DNA from: Acidobacteriota bacterium
GTDB taxonomy: Bacteria > Acidobacteriota > UBA6911 > RPQK01 > JAJDTT01
Length of the DNA: 64,000 bases
NCBI GenBank assembly: GCA_965217775.1
Contig: CBDCJH010000002.1
Location: 6,225,850-6,289,849 of the forward strand
Direction: 5' to 3'
The translations under genes and the position numbers were made by a program. Numbering within the stretch: position 1 is the stretch's first letter; the number at the start of each line of letters is the position of its first letter. Below the pieces are notes generated by a model. That model made no database searches. It worked only from the letters and a program-made list of their open reading frames with translations, and was not told where the DNA came from. Below, one piece after another: positions 31,062 through 40,318 of this stretch.

Positions 31062-32390
31062 GTGATGGAGAAACGACCCCTTCAGTCCGAGTCCGCCGCC
31101 GGTCGAGGACAGGCGGCCCGCAGCGTCGTCATACAGAGCCGTCTCCTGGCGGACGGAGTTTCGGGCAGCTCCCGGACGGACCAGTCGTTGCTGGTCTGTG
31201 GGGACCGGATCCGAGCCGTTGGCGCCAGGGAGGAGATTCTGAAGACGGCGCCGCCGGATGCCGCCGTCATCGACCTGGGACAGGCGTGCCTGGCTCCGGG
31301 GCTGATCGACAGCCACACGCATCTGAGTCTGTCGGGGGATGGCCGCAACTATGCCGAAATGTTCTCCGACTCCGACGAGATGATGGTGCTCACGGGCGCC
31401 ATGAACATGAAGAAGCACCTGGATGCGGGTATCACCACCATCCGTGAGCACGGCGCCCGGAACCGAGTCGGTTTCACTCTCAAGTCCGGACTCGCGCGAG
31501 GCTATATCCCGGGCCCCAGGATGTTGGTGAGCGGGCGCCCCATCACCTGCACCGGCGGTCATTTCCACATGTGCAACGAGGTGGCCGACGGAGAGGCGGA
31601 GATCCGGAGGTCGGTCCGCCGGCTGGTCCACGAGGGCGCCGACTACATCAAGATCATGGCCTCCGGTGGAGGAACCGTCGGCACCATTCCGGGAGTGGCC
31701 ACCTATACGGTCGATGAACTCCACGCCGCCGCCCACGAGGCTCACCACTTCCATCGGCTGACGGCGGCCCATTGCCGGGCCAAGAAGTCCATGCGCCGAG
31801 CCGTCGAGGCGGGCATCGATCTGATGGAGCATGCCGAGTTCATGGATCCGGACGATCAAGTGCGGTTCGATCCCAAGATCGCCGAGATGATGGCCGAGTC
31901 GGGCATCTGGATCAGTCCCACCCTCCAGACCTGGTGCAACTATCCCAGGGTTGTGGAGCTGAGGCGGAGACGGGATTCCGGCGCGGCCGCGCCTTCGGAA
32001 GAGAGGGAGCTGGATCATCTGGAGGAGCGGATGGAAGGACGCCTGGAGATCATGCGCCGGATGCTGGACTACTGTCTGCGCGAGCGGATCGTTCCCGGGA
32101 CCGATTCGGGAGTCTTCAACATCGCCTTCGGGCACCTGGACTACGATTTGCAGATTCTCCACCAGGTCGGATTCACACCGTCGGAGTGCCTGGCCTCGGC
32201 GACTCGCATCTCGGCGGAGGCGATCGGACTTCAAGACGAGATCGGAACCATCGAACCGGGGAAGCGGGCCGACCTGGTGGCTCTCGACGGCGATCCGAAT
32301 CAGGACGTAACCGCTTGCAGCCGGGTCGTGGCCGTCATTCAGGCGGGAAGGCGGGTTTGGGCCGGCCCGAACGACGCCTCCACTCCATGA
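31062..32390 (+). CDS. Amidohydrolase (prolidase-like subgroup)
   Basis: PGLIDSHTH, GADYIKI, AAH, EHA, GTD, GKRADLV. Confidence 0.85.
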   Translation: MMEKRPLQSESAAGRGQAARSVVIQSRLLADGVSGSSRTDQSLLVCGDRIRAVGAREEILKTAPPDAAVIDLGQACLAPGLIDSHTHLSLSGDGRNYAEMFSDSDEMMVLTGAMNMKKHLDAGITTIREHGARNRVGFTLKSGLARGYIPGPRMLVSGRPITCTGGHFHMCNEVADGEAEIRRSVRRLVHEGADYIKIMASGGGTVGTIPGVATYTVDELHAAAHEAHHFHRLTAAHCRAKKSMRRAVEAGIDLMEHAEFMDPDDQVRFDPKIAEMMAESGIWISPTLQTWCNYPRVVELRRRRDSGAAAPSEERELDHLEERMEGRLEIMRRMLDYCLRERIVPGTDSGVFNIAFGHLDYDLQILHQVGFTPSECLASATRISAEAIGLQDEIGTIEPGKRADLVALDGDPNQDVTACSRVVAVIQAGRRVWAGPNDASTP

Positions 32391-32716
32391 CGGCACGAAA
32401 CAAATCCGATGCGTGGCAGGGAGTCTACGCTCTGGTCCGGAGGATTCCGGCGGGCAGGGTCATGAACTACGGGCAGATCGCCCGGCTCCTGGACCGGCCT
32501 CTCTCGGCTCGTGCGGTGGGCTGGGCCATGCACTCCTGCCCTCCCGGTCATCCCTGGCATCGAGTGGTCAGTGCGACGGGCGAGTGTTCCACCGATCGAC
32601 TCGCCTCCCATACTCCGGGTCTCCAGAGGGCGCTGCTGGAAGCCGAGGGCGTCCGCTTCGGCCCATCCGGGCGGGTGGATATGGACCGCTTCCGATGGAA
32701 CCCGGAAGAGGCGTAG
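32387..32716 (+). CDS. Alkyltransferase-like protein (Atl/YbaZ, MGMT family)
   Basis: IPAGRVMNYGQIA, ARAVG, PWHRV (Trp in place of the catalytic Cys), QRALLEAEGV; ATGA overlap with upstream gene. Confidence 0.88.
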   Translation: MTARNKSDAWQGVYALVRRIPAGRVMNYGQIARLLDRPLSARAVGWAMHSCPPGHPWHRVVSATGECSTDRLASHTPGLQRALLEAEGVRFGPSGRVDMDRFRWNPEEA

Positions 32717-32749
32717 AAACTGACCGGAGCTATGCGTTCCGGCGTCGTT

Positions 32750-33880
32750 TCAGACTCGGACGCGGGCCCAGTGGACGCTGAGACAGCGTTCGTTCTCGCC
32801 GGCGTAGTAGGCGAGCAGAACCAGATCGTCTTCCAACAGGACCGCGGCGGGGTGGCCGAAGGTCCACTTCACCATGTCCTCCCAGAATTCGCTCAGATCC
32901 TCTCGATCGCCCATACCCCGCTCATTGGGTCCCCCGGAGGCGTAGACCACCAACTCCTCCGGCAGTTTCCAGGTTCTGCCTTCATCCGGCGACATGACCA
33001 ACCGTAGGCTGCCCGGGGGATGGCGGTGCACATAGAAGAGGCCCAGCCGGCCATCGGGCAACGGCACGGGGACGGCGATCTGTCCCCGGATCCCCGTGGA
33101 GAAGGGTGGCTCCCAGGTCAGGGTCTCCGGGTCGCCCCAGGACAAATGGATGTCCAGGTCCTTCCGCGACACGCGGTCATAGGTCCAGAAGGCGGCCACC
33201 GGGCGTCCCGTCCGAGGGCAGACCGCCTGGCGCTGGTCGTAGAAGAAGAGGCGGTCCGCCGGATCTCTGGCTACGTCGACGACCCGATCGAAAGTCCCTT
33301 CCTCCTCCAGCAGGGCATGAGCCGAGTGGAGGCTCGGCCCCCCCTCCCGCTCCGGTTCCTGACGTTCGATCGGCACCAGCCAACCGCGGCCCGGAACCCG
33401 GATCGGGCTTCCGGCCAGGACCGGGTAGTTCCACGGTGACGTGTCCAGGACTTCATAGCCGGACCAGGTCGCACCTCCATCCGTGGAGCGGGCCTGGATG
33501 ATGCGGCACGGCGCCACGTGATCGCCCCCGCTGTCATACAGGGGCCGGCCTCCCGATCGGTGAAGCCAAGTGAGAAACGCCAGCAGAGTGCCGTCCGATC
33601 TGGGGACGATTTCGGCTGCCCGCACCTCTCCCGGAACACCGGTGAAGGCTGGACGAAAACTGTCGGAGACAATCTGCCAATGCCTGCCGCCATCGACACT
33701 CGAAGCCACGAGGCAGTTGCCGTCCGCCGACTCCTTGTCGCTTCCCCGGCGGAAGGTGGCCAGCACTTGTCCACCGGGCAGCCGGCACAGAGAAGTGAAG
33801 CAATGGGACCTCTTGCCTCCCCTCAGGTTCTCGGCGTCGACGATGAAACCCTGCTCCACGATTTCCATGAGGATCCCCAT
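32750..33880 (-). CDS. Sialidase-like BNR/Asp-box beta-propeller protein
   Basis: Asp boxes SVDGGRHW, STDGGATW, SPDEGRTW; no signal peptide. Confidence 0.8.
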   Translation of the reverse strand: MGILMEIVEQGFIVDAENLRGGKRSHCFTSLCRLPGGQVLATFRRGSDKESADGNCLVASSVDGGRHWQIVSDSFRPAFTGVPGEVRAAEIVPRSDGTLLAFLTWLHRSGGRPLYDSGGDHVAPCRIIQARSTDGGATWSGYEVLDTSPWNYPVLAGSPIRVPGRGWLVPIERQEPEREGGPSLHSAHALLEEEGTFDRVVDVARDPADRLFFYDQRQAVCPRTGRPVAAFWTYDRVSRKDLDIHLSWGDPETLTWEPPFSTGIRGQIAVPVPLPDGRLGLFYVHRHPPGSLRLVMSPDEGRTWKLPEELVVYASGGPNERGMGDREDLSEFWEDMVKWTFGHPAAVLLEDDLVLLAYYAGENERCLSVHWARVRV

Positions 33881-33994
33881 TCGCTGATCTCTTCACTCTC
33901 CGGAGCCACGTAAGTCGAATAGAAACAGCGCCAGCAAGTAGTCTGCTCGCCCAACTTCTTCTCTCACTCCTCGTTCCTCGCTCCTCCTCTTCCC

Positions 33995-35188
33995 TTATCC
34001 GGTCACACCGTAGATTCGGGCAACGTTTCCTCCCAGGACCAGACTGCGGTCCTCCTCGGTCATGAACTCGGTGTGGTGGCGGATGGTGTCGATGCACTGC
34101 TTGTAGGTGCAGGCTCGCCCCGCCCACGGCATGTCGGCTCCCCAGATCATCACCCGGGCTCCGAAGCGCTCGTAGATTCTCCGGATCATCTCCTTGTGCC
34201 TCGGGTACGGGAATTCGGAATCTTTCGCTCCCCAGACCGCCTCGTTCTCCCAGGCCAGGACGTAACCGAACTCCAGGTGGAAGTTGCCCAGCTTGAAGAG
34301 CTCGAAGAACTCCGTCGGGTTGTCCACATGGTTGGGATCGGAGGGCGGCAGCACGTTGCTGCCCTGATGGGCGTTCACCACCTGCAGTTCCGGGAACCGG
34401 CGGCAGACGTTTTCGATTTCTCCGATCTCCCGGAGGTAGTCGGCCCTGGAGTTGAAACCGGTCTCCAGAAACACCGGGATCTTCAACCGGATGCAGGCCT
34501 TCCAGAGGGCGTCGGCGCGGGGGTCGTCCCGGGGTTGCCCCTTGGGCAGGTGGGAGCAGAGTCCCCGGTATCCCAGTTCGTCGACGGCTCTTTCCAGTGT
34601 TTCCAACTCTACCGCAAGCTGCCGGTCGTCCTTGGTCAGGTCGTAGTCGATGTCGGTGGTTCCGATGAAACGGTCGGGCCAACGGCGAATGCAATTGGCG
34701 TAGTAGACCTCCCGGCCCCAGACCTTGGCCATGTATCCGGTCTGGATCACTCCCATGTCCACGCCCACGATGTCCATGTGGGCCAACATCTGCTCGGGCT
34801 CATGGATGGGGTCGCCCATGGTCTGGGGCCCGCGGCGGATCCAGCAGTCCTCGCCATGTTTCCGCCATCTCCAGATGCCGTATTTCCCCTGTGTGAACCC
34901 GATTTCCTCGTCCGGTTCCGGGATGTACCCGGGATCGGTGTGGCTGGCGACGAACCTCCCCCAGAGGCTCCGGACGGCGCCCTGCATGATGCGATTGTGA
35001 GTATCCGGATCGTCGTATCCGAGGGGGCCGGTCTGATCGGGAAAGACGTGAACGTGGTGGTCGATGACCAGGGAGCGCTTGGGAGTTTCGGAGGAACAAC
35101 CCGAGGCCGTCCAGCTACCGGCGAGTCCGGGGACGGCCAGAGCGGCCGAGCCGGTCAGAAAACGGCGTCGATCCAGGTTCGGGTTCAT
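33995..35188 (-). CDS. Tat-exported amidohydrolase_2 family protein
   Basis: DRRRFL twin-arginine signal, DHHVH, NAH, IWGADMPW, LGGNVARIY. Confidence 0.8.
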   Translation of the reverse strand: MNPNLDRRRFLTGSAALAVPGLAGSWTASGCSSETPKRSLVIDHHVHVFPDQTGPLGYDDPDTHNRIMQGAVRSLWGRFVASHTDPGYIPEPDEEIGFTQGKYGIWRWRKHGEDCWIRRGPQTMGDPIHEPEQMLAHMDIVGVDMGVIQTGYMAKVWGREVYYANCIRRWPDRFIGTTDIDYDLTKDDRQLAVELETLERAVDELGYRGLCSHLPKGQPRDDPRADALWKACIRLKIPVFLETGFNSRADYLREIGEIENVCRRFPELQVVNAHQGSNVLPPSDPNHVDNPTEFFELFKLGNFHLEFGYVLAWENEAVWGAKDSEFPYPRHKEMIRRIYERFGARVMIWGADMPWAGRACTYKQCIDTIRHHTEFMTEEDRSLVLGGNVARIYGVTG

Positions 35189-35359
35189 GGCGGCAGCTCC
35201 TTTCGGGTTTTGGGTTTCAGACAACATCCGAGGTCACCCGGTGTCGTCGTCCCGGCAATGCCCGGCATCTTGTGCCCTTTCGGAACGTGACCTATCATGA
35301 TGGGCGGCCGGCCGCAAGCGAGCGTGCCGGGACTTCGGAACGCCAACGGGAGCGAATCC

Positions 35360-36463
35360 ATGGACGCTATTGACTACGGCATTTTCATCATGCCCTTCCA
35401 CCCCGCAGAGAAGCCTCGGGCCCAATGCCATGACGAGGACCTGGAGCTGATCATTCGGGCCGAGGAACTCGGATTCAGCGAGTTCTGGATCGGTGAGCAT
35501 CACACCATGAAGTACGAGAACATCGTGATGCCGGAGATCTTCATCGCACGGGCCCTGGGGGAGACCAGCCGGATTCGGATGGGCCCGGCTCCGGTCTGTC
35601 TCAATCAGCACCATCCGGCCCATGTGGCGTGCCGGCTGGCCTTTCTGGACCACCTTTCCAAGGGGCGGCTCAATCTCTGCTTCGGACCGGGCAGCGTACC
35701 GGCGGATATGGAAATTTACGGCTTGAAGCCCAAGGACGCCTCTCAGATGGCGTCCGAGGCCACCGACATCATCCTGAAGCTGTGGGAATCGGATCCTCCG
35801 TATGAGTACGACGGGCAGTTCTGGTCCATCCGCCTCAACGATTATGTCGACGATGAGTCGGGAGTCGGCTTCATCCCCAAGCCTTTCCAGCGTCCTCATC
35901 CCCCTATCGCCGCTCCGGGCACGAGCCGCAATTCCGGGACCATGAAAGCAGCCGGACGGAGGGGATTCCAGCCCTTCGGACATTGTCTGGTGACGTCCAA
36001 CGTTCTGAAGGATTTGTGGCAGACCTACGAAGAGGCCTCTCTGGAGGCGGGGCGCACGCCGGATCGGAAGGACTTCAAGATCGCGCGATCCATTTTTCTG
36101 GCCGACACCACGGAGGAGGCTCGTGCCCGCGCCCGGAACAATTCCGTGGCCGGCAACTACGAATACATCGGCGGGCTCCTCGACAAGGGACCGGGACGCG
36201 GGATGTTCAAGCGGGATCTGGCCATGAGCGACGCCGATTGCAATCTGGATTTCCTGATGACGGAGCAGATCATCGCGGGAGATGTGGACGAAGTGTTGCG
36301 CCGGCTGTTGCTCATGGTGGAGGAGACCGGCCCCTTCGGCACCCTGATTCTCATGTGTTACGACTGGGACGACAAGACGAGCTGGCTCCGCAGTCTGGAG
36401 CTTTTTGCCAAGGAGCTCATGCCTGCGCTGAACCGGGCGGTCGGCGTGCCGGCGGTTGCCTGA
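35360..36463 (+). CDS. LLM-class flavin-dependent oxidoreductase
   Basis: FIMPFHP, AEELGFSEFWIGEHH, LDHLSKGR, PFQRPHPP, ELFAKELMP. Confidence 0.88.
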   Translation: MDAIDYGIFIMPFHPAEKPRAQCHDEDLELIIRAEELGFSEFWIGEHHTMKYENIVMPEIFIARALGETSRIRMGPAPVCLNQHHPAHVACRLAFLDHLSKGRLNLCFGPGSVPADMEIYGLKPKDASQMASEATDIILKLWESDPPYEYDGQFWSIRLNDYVDDESGVGFIPKPFQRPHPPIAAPGTSRNSGTMKAAGRRGFQPFGHCLVTSNVLKDLWQTYEEASLEAGRTPDRKDFKIARSIFLADTTEEARARARNNSVAGNYEYIGGLLDKGPGRGMFKRDLAMSDADCNLDFLMTEQIIAGDVDEVLRRLLLMVEETGPFGTLILMCYDWDDKTSWLRSLELFAKELMPALNRAVGVPAVA

Positions 36464-36507
36464 GTTCACGGAAGAGCCCGCCGGGCCTGATCCGGAACCC
36501 CTGAAAA

Positions 36508-37686
36508 ATGAAGCTGAGCCAGGACGTGGTCGATCGTGTGAACCGGGCCGTCCGTCCGGACCGGCTGACGGAATTGGCCGTCGAACTGATCCGGATCCCC
36601 AGCCCCACGCAGAATGCCGCCGAGGTGGCGGGCCGACTGGCGGAGGTTCTGGCGGCCGAGGGTTTCGAGGTCGGTCGACCGGAGGCCGCGTGGCCCCGGT
36701 CCCCGGCCGTGGTCACCCGATTCAAGACGGGAGTTCCGGGGCGAACCCTCCAGTTCAACGGCCATCTGGACACGGTGCATCTCCCCTTCGTTCCACCCCG
36801 CATCGAGGATGGAGTCCTCTACGGGAGTGGCGCCTCGGACATGAAGGCGGGAGTGGCCGCCATGTGCGAGGCCTTGCTGGCGGTTCGGGATTCGGGCGTC
36901 CTGGAAGCAGGCGGGATCCTGCTGACGGCTCACGATCTGCACGAGGCTCCATGGGGCCGGGGCCAGCAGTTGGCGGCGCTGATCGAGGAGGGCTATGTGG
37001 GAGACGCGGCGCTGTTGCCGGAGTATCTCTCCAGCACTCTCCCGGTCGTGGGCCGGGGCATGGCCAATGTGGAAGTGACCGTCAGCCGGCAGGGAACCCC
37101 GGTGCATGAGGTTTTGGGTGGCCTGGAGCAGCCGCGCGTGATCGGCGCCGGCGCCGGCCTGGTGACCCGGCTCGAAGCCGTCGACCGGAGCTTGACCGGC
37201 AGTACCCATCCGCTGGCCGGGCGGGAGAGCCTCTTCATCGGCAAGGTTGCCGGGGGAGAGATCTACAACCAGTCCCCGACCGAGTTTCGTCTCGCCGGCA
37301 CCTGCAGGTGGTTGCCGGGGACGGCCGTGGATGAGGTGCGGAAACGGTTTCTGGAGGCCGTCGACGGGATGGAGCAACGCCCGGGCATCCAGGTCGACGC
37401 TCAGTTTCACTACCGGCGGGACGCCTTCGAGATGAACCTGGAGCATCCCCTGGTCGGCGCGTTTCAGGACTCCTGCCAGGCCGTCATGGGGCGACCCCTG
37501 CCCCATGGAGCCAAACCCTTCATCGATGACGGCAATACGCTGAGGGAGTTGGCCGGCATCGAGACCATCACCCACGGCCCCCGGGCCACGGGCGCTCACA
37601 CCACGGGGGAGCAGGTCCCGCTGGACGACCTGGTCCGCGTGGCTCGGGTCTACGCTTGCACCGCGGTTGCGTTCTGCTCCGGATAG
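36508..37686 (+). CDS. M20 family metallopeptidase/deacylase (atypical active site)
   Basis: NGHLDTV, GSGASDMKAG, PE, GAH..GE; HE replaces the usual EE. Confidence 0.85.
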   Translation: MKLSQDVVDRVNRAVRPDRLTELAVELIRIPSPTQNAAEVAGRLAEVLAAEGFEVGRPEAAWPRSPAVVTRFKTGVPGRTLQFNGHLDTVHLPFVPPRIEDGVLYGSGASDMKAGVAAMCEALLAVRDSGVLEAGGILLTAHDLHEAPWGRGQQLAALIEEGYVGDAALLPEYLSSTLPVVGRGMANVEVTVSRQGTPVHEVLGGLEQPRVIGAGAGLVTRLEAVDRSLTGSTHPLAGRESLFIGKVAGGEIYNQSPTEFRLAGTCRWLPGTAVDEVRKRFLEAVDGMEQRPGIQVDAQFHYRRDAFEMNLEHPLVGAFQDSCQAVMGRPLPHGAKPFIDDGNTLRELAGIETITHGPRATGAHTTGEQVPLDDLVRVARVYACTAVAFCSG

Positions 37687-37706
37687 AAAAGAGAAAAGAG
37701 GAAAGA

Positions 37707-39137
37707 GTGAAGGAAAAAAATTCGTACTCACAGCGGGGGCGAGGGGAGCCGGAAGTCGTTTCCCGGACCGATTCCTTTCCTCCCGAAAGGATGGGAGAGG
37801 AACAGTTCCTGCGTCAGATCCTGGTGCGGGCCCAGATGAGCGAGTTCGCCGCGGATCCTTTCATCATGTCCCGGGCCAGCGGGGTCCACTACTGGGACGT
37901 TCACGGCAAGCAGTACCTGGACGGGATCTCGGGAATCTACGTGGTCTCCGTGGGACATTCCAATCCTCGGGTGATGGACGCGATTCGACGGCAGATGGAG
38001 GTGCTGCATTTCTCCCCCACCATGCATGGCAGCAATCCACTGGCCGTCGAACTGGCCAATCGCCTGGTGGCCGTCGCTCCCGGCGACCTGGACGCGGTCA
38101 AGTTTCTGAGCGGAGGATCGGAGGTGACCGAGGCGGCCATCACCATGGCCCGCCAGTACCACCGGTTGACCGGGAACGCGGGCAAGTACAAGATCATTTC
38201 CCGCTACCAGTCGTGGCATGGATCGACCATGGGGTCCCTCTCCGCATCGGGACTGACCAGCCGCCGGAGCATGCGGGAACCGCTGGCCCCGGGTTTCATC
38301 CACGTCTTCCCCCCCACCTGCTACCGCTGTCCCTTCGGCAAGGAGTATCCGGACTGCGAGATCACCTGCGTCAGCCTCATCGGCGACGTGATCGAGAATG
38401 AGGGACCGGAGACCGTGGCCGCCGTCATCGTGGAGCCCATCGGCCACACCGGGGGCATCATCGAGCCGCCCGAGGAATACCTGCCCAAGCTGCGGGAAAT
38501 CTGCGACCGCCATAACGTCCTTCTCATTTTCGACGAGATCATCACCGGCATGGGCCGCACCGGACAGATGTTCGCCGCCGAGACTTTCGGCGTCCTTCCC
38601 GACCTTCTCTGTGTGGGGAAGGGGCTGTCGGGCGGGTACGCCCCCCTTTCGGCGATGCTCTGCCGCAGGCACATCGCCGACACCTTCTGGGGGGACCCCG
38701 CCACCAATCCCGGGTTCGTCGCCGGTCACACCTATGAGGGGAACCCCATCTCCTGCACGGCGGGCCTGGCGACTCTGGCCGAGATCGTGGAGCGGGATCT
38801 CTGCGCCAACGCCAGACACGTTGGAGGTCATCTCCGGCGCGGATTGGAAGGGCTCCGCCGCCACGGCATCATCGGCGACATCCGGGGCCGGGGACTCTTC
38901 CTGGGCCTGGAATTCGTCCGGAACCCGGAGACCAGGGAACCCTTCTCCGACCGGATCTCCATCGGAAAGCGCATCGGAAAACGAGCCCTCGAACATGGAT
39001 TGCTGACCCGGTTCGATCCCAACTGGATCGCACTGGGTCCGCCTCTCGTTCTGACGACGGCGGAGGCCGATCAGATCGTCGAGATTCTGGATCGGAGTAT
39101 CGGGGAAGTACTCGAGGAGTTGGAGGAATCGGAGTGA
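37707..39137 (+). CDS. Class III PLP-dependent aminotransferase (start uncertain)
   Basis: YLDGISG, GGSE, WHGST, IFDEIITGMGRTG, GKGLSGGY, GHTY. Confidence 0.88.
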   Translation: MKEKNSYSQRGRGEPEVVSRTDSFPPERMGEEQFLRQILVRAQMSEFAADPFIMSRASGVHYWDVHGKQYLDGISGIYVVSVGHSNPRVMDAIRRQMEVLHFSPTMHGSNPLAVELANRLVAVAPGDLDAVKFLSGGSEVTEAAITMARQYHRLTGNAGKYKIISRYQSWHGSTMGSLSASGLTSRRSMREPLAPGFIHVFPPTCYRCPFGKEYPDCEITCVSLIGDVIENEGPETVAAVIVEPIGHTGGIIEPPEEYLPKLREICDRHNVLLIFDEIITGMGRTGQMFAAETFGVLPDLLCVGKGLSGGYAPLSAMLCRRHIADTFWGDPATNPGFVAGHTYEGNPISCTAGLATLAEIVERDLCANARHVGGHLRRGLEGLRRHGIIGDIRGRGLFLGLEFVRNPETREPFSDRISIGKRIGKRALEHGLLTRFDPNWIALGPPLVLTTAEADQIVEILDRSIGEVLEELEESE

Positions 39138-40309
39138 CGAGCGCCGCTGAAGACTACGATCTGCTTCTGAAAGGGGGGACCGTGATCGACCCGGCCAACG
39201 GCCGGCGAGGCCTCCTGGACGTGGCCGTCAAGGGGGGCCGGGTGGCGGCCGTGGCCCGCGACCTTCCGGTCCAGGATTCGGCCGAAGTGCTGGATACCTC
39301 CGGCCTCCTGGTGGTGCCGGGCCTCATCGACCTGCACACGCACGTCTACGAAGGCGTCTCCTTCCTGGGGATCGAGGCGGACGATCTCTGTCCACGCACC
39401 GGGGTCACCACCGTCGTCGACACCGGCTCGGCCGGCTGGATCAACTACAGGGGGCTGGAGCGATACGTGATCGGGCCCTCCGAGACTCGCATCTTCGGTT
39501 ACGTGAACCTCTCCGGCGTGGGCCTTCCCTCGCGCCGGGGGGAACTGGTCCATCACGACTATCTGGATGCCGGCGAGTGCGCCGAATGCGTCCTTCGCCA
39601 TCCGGAGACGGCCTTGGGGGTCAAGGTCCGTCTCTACGCGGGAGTGGCCGGCCGGATGGACCTGCGGGACGTCCTGAAGGCGTCCGTGGAGGCGGCGAAG
39701 GAATGCGGCAAGCCACTCATGATTCACATCAGCGGATCGGACGTGGCGTTGGAGGACCTGCTTCCACCCCTTCGAACCGGCGACGTGGTGACTCATTGTT
39801 GCCACGGAACCGAGGCCGCCTCGATCCTGGACGGGGAGGGGCGAATCCGGCCCGTGGTCCGGGATGCCAGGGAGCGCGGGATCCTGTTCGACGTGGGCCA
39901 CGGCGTGGGCAGCTTCGCCTTCCGCATCGCCCGCCGGGCGGTGGCCGAGGGATTTCTTCCCGACACCATCAGCACCGACATCCACACCCTGTCCATCAAC
40001 TATCCCGTCTACGACCTCCCCACCACCCTCTCCAAGTTTCTGGGCCTGGGTCTCTCCCTGGACGAGGTCATCGAACGAGCCACCATCGAGCCCGCCCGGA
40101 TCATCGGCATCGACTCCCAACTGGGACACCTCGGCGTGGGCGCCACCGCCGACATCGCGGTGCTGGAGTTGGAGGAGGGCCGGTTCTCCTTCTTCGACGT
40201 GGAGCACGAGAAGATGGATGGGCCTCAGCGGCTCGTCTGCAGGGCCACCATCAAGGACGGCAAGGTCTGGTGGCGCGCCGGTGAGGCCGGCCAGACGGCG
40301 GAGGCGTGA
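39134..40309 (+). CDS. Dihydroorotase-like amidohydrolase/deacetylase
   Basis: PGLIDLHTH, VDTGSAG, GVKVR, MIH, THC, DVGHG, ISTDIH. Confidence 0.85.
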   Translation: MTSAAEDYDLLLKGGTVIDPANGRRGLLDVAVKGGRVAAVARDLPVQDSAEVLDTSGLLVVPGLIDLHTHVYEGVSFLGIEADDLCPRTGVTTVVDTGSAGWINYRGLERYVIGPSETRIFGYVNLSGVGLPSRRGELVHHDYLDAGECAECVLRHPETALGVKVRLYAGVAGRMDLRDVLKASVEAAKECGKPLMIHISGSDVALEDLLPPLRTGDVVTHCCHGTEAASILDGEGRIRPVVRDARERGILFDVGHGVGSFAFRIARRAVAEGFLPDTISTDIHTLSINYPVYDLPTTLSKFLGLGLSLDEVIERATIEPARIIGIDSQLGHLGVGATADIAVLELEEGRFSFFDVEHEKMDGPQRLVCRATIKDGKVWWRAGEAGQTAEA

Positions 40310-40318
40310 CATCTCGCT

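Noticed and set aside
31772-32386. N-terminal 205 aa of the 314-aa ORF 31772-32716
   Set aside because: This is an alternative frame inside the amidohydrolase gene; the real Atl gene starts at ATG 32387.
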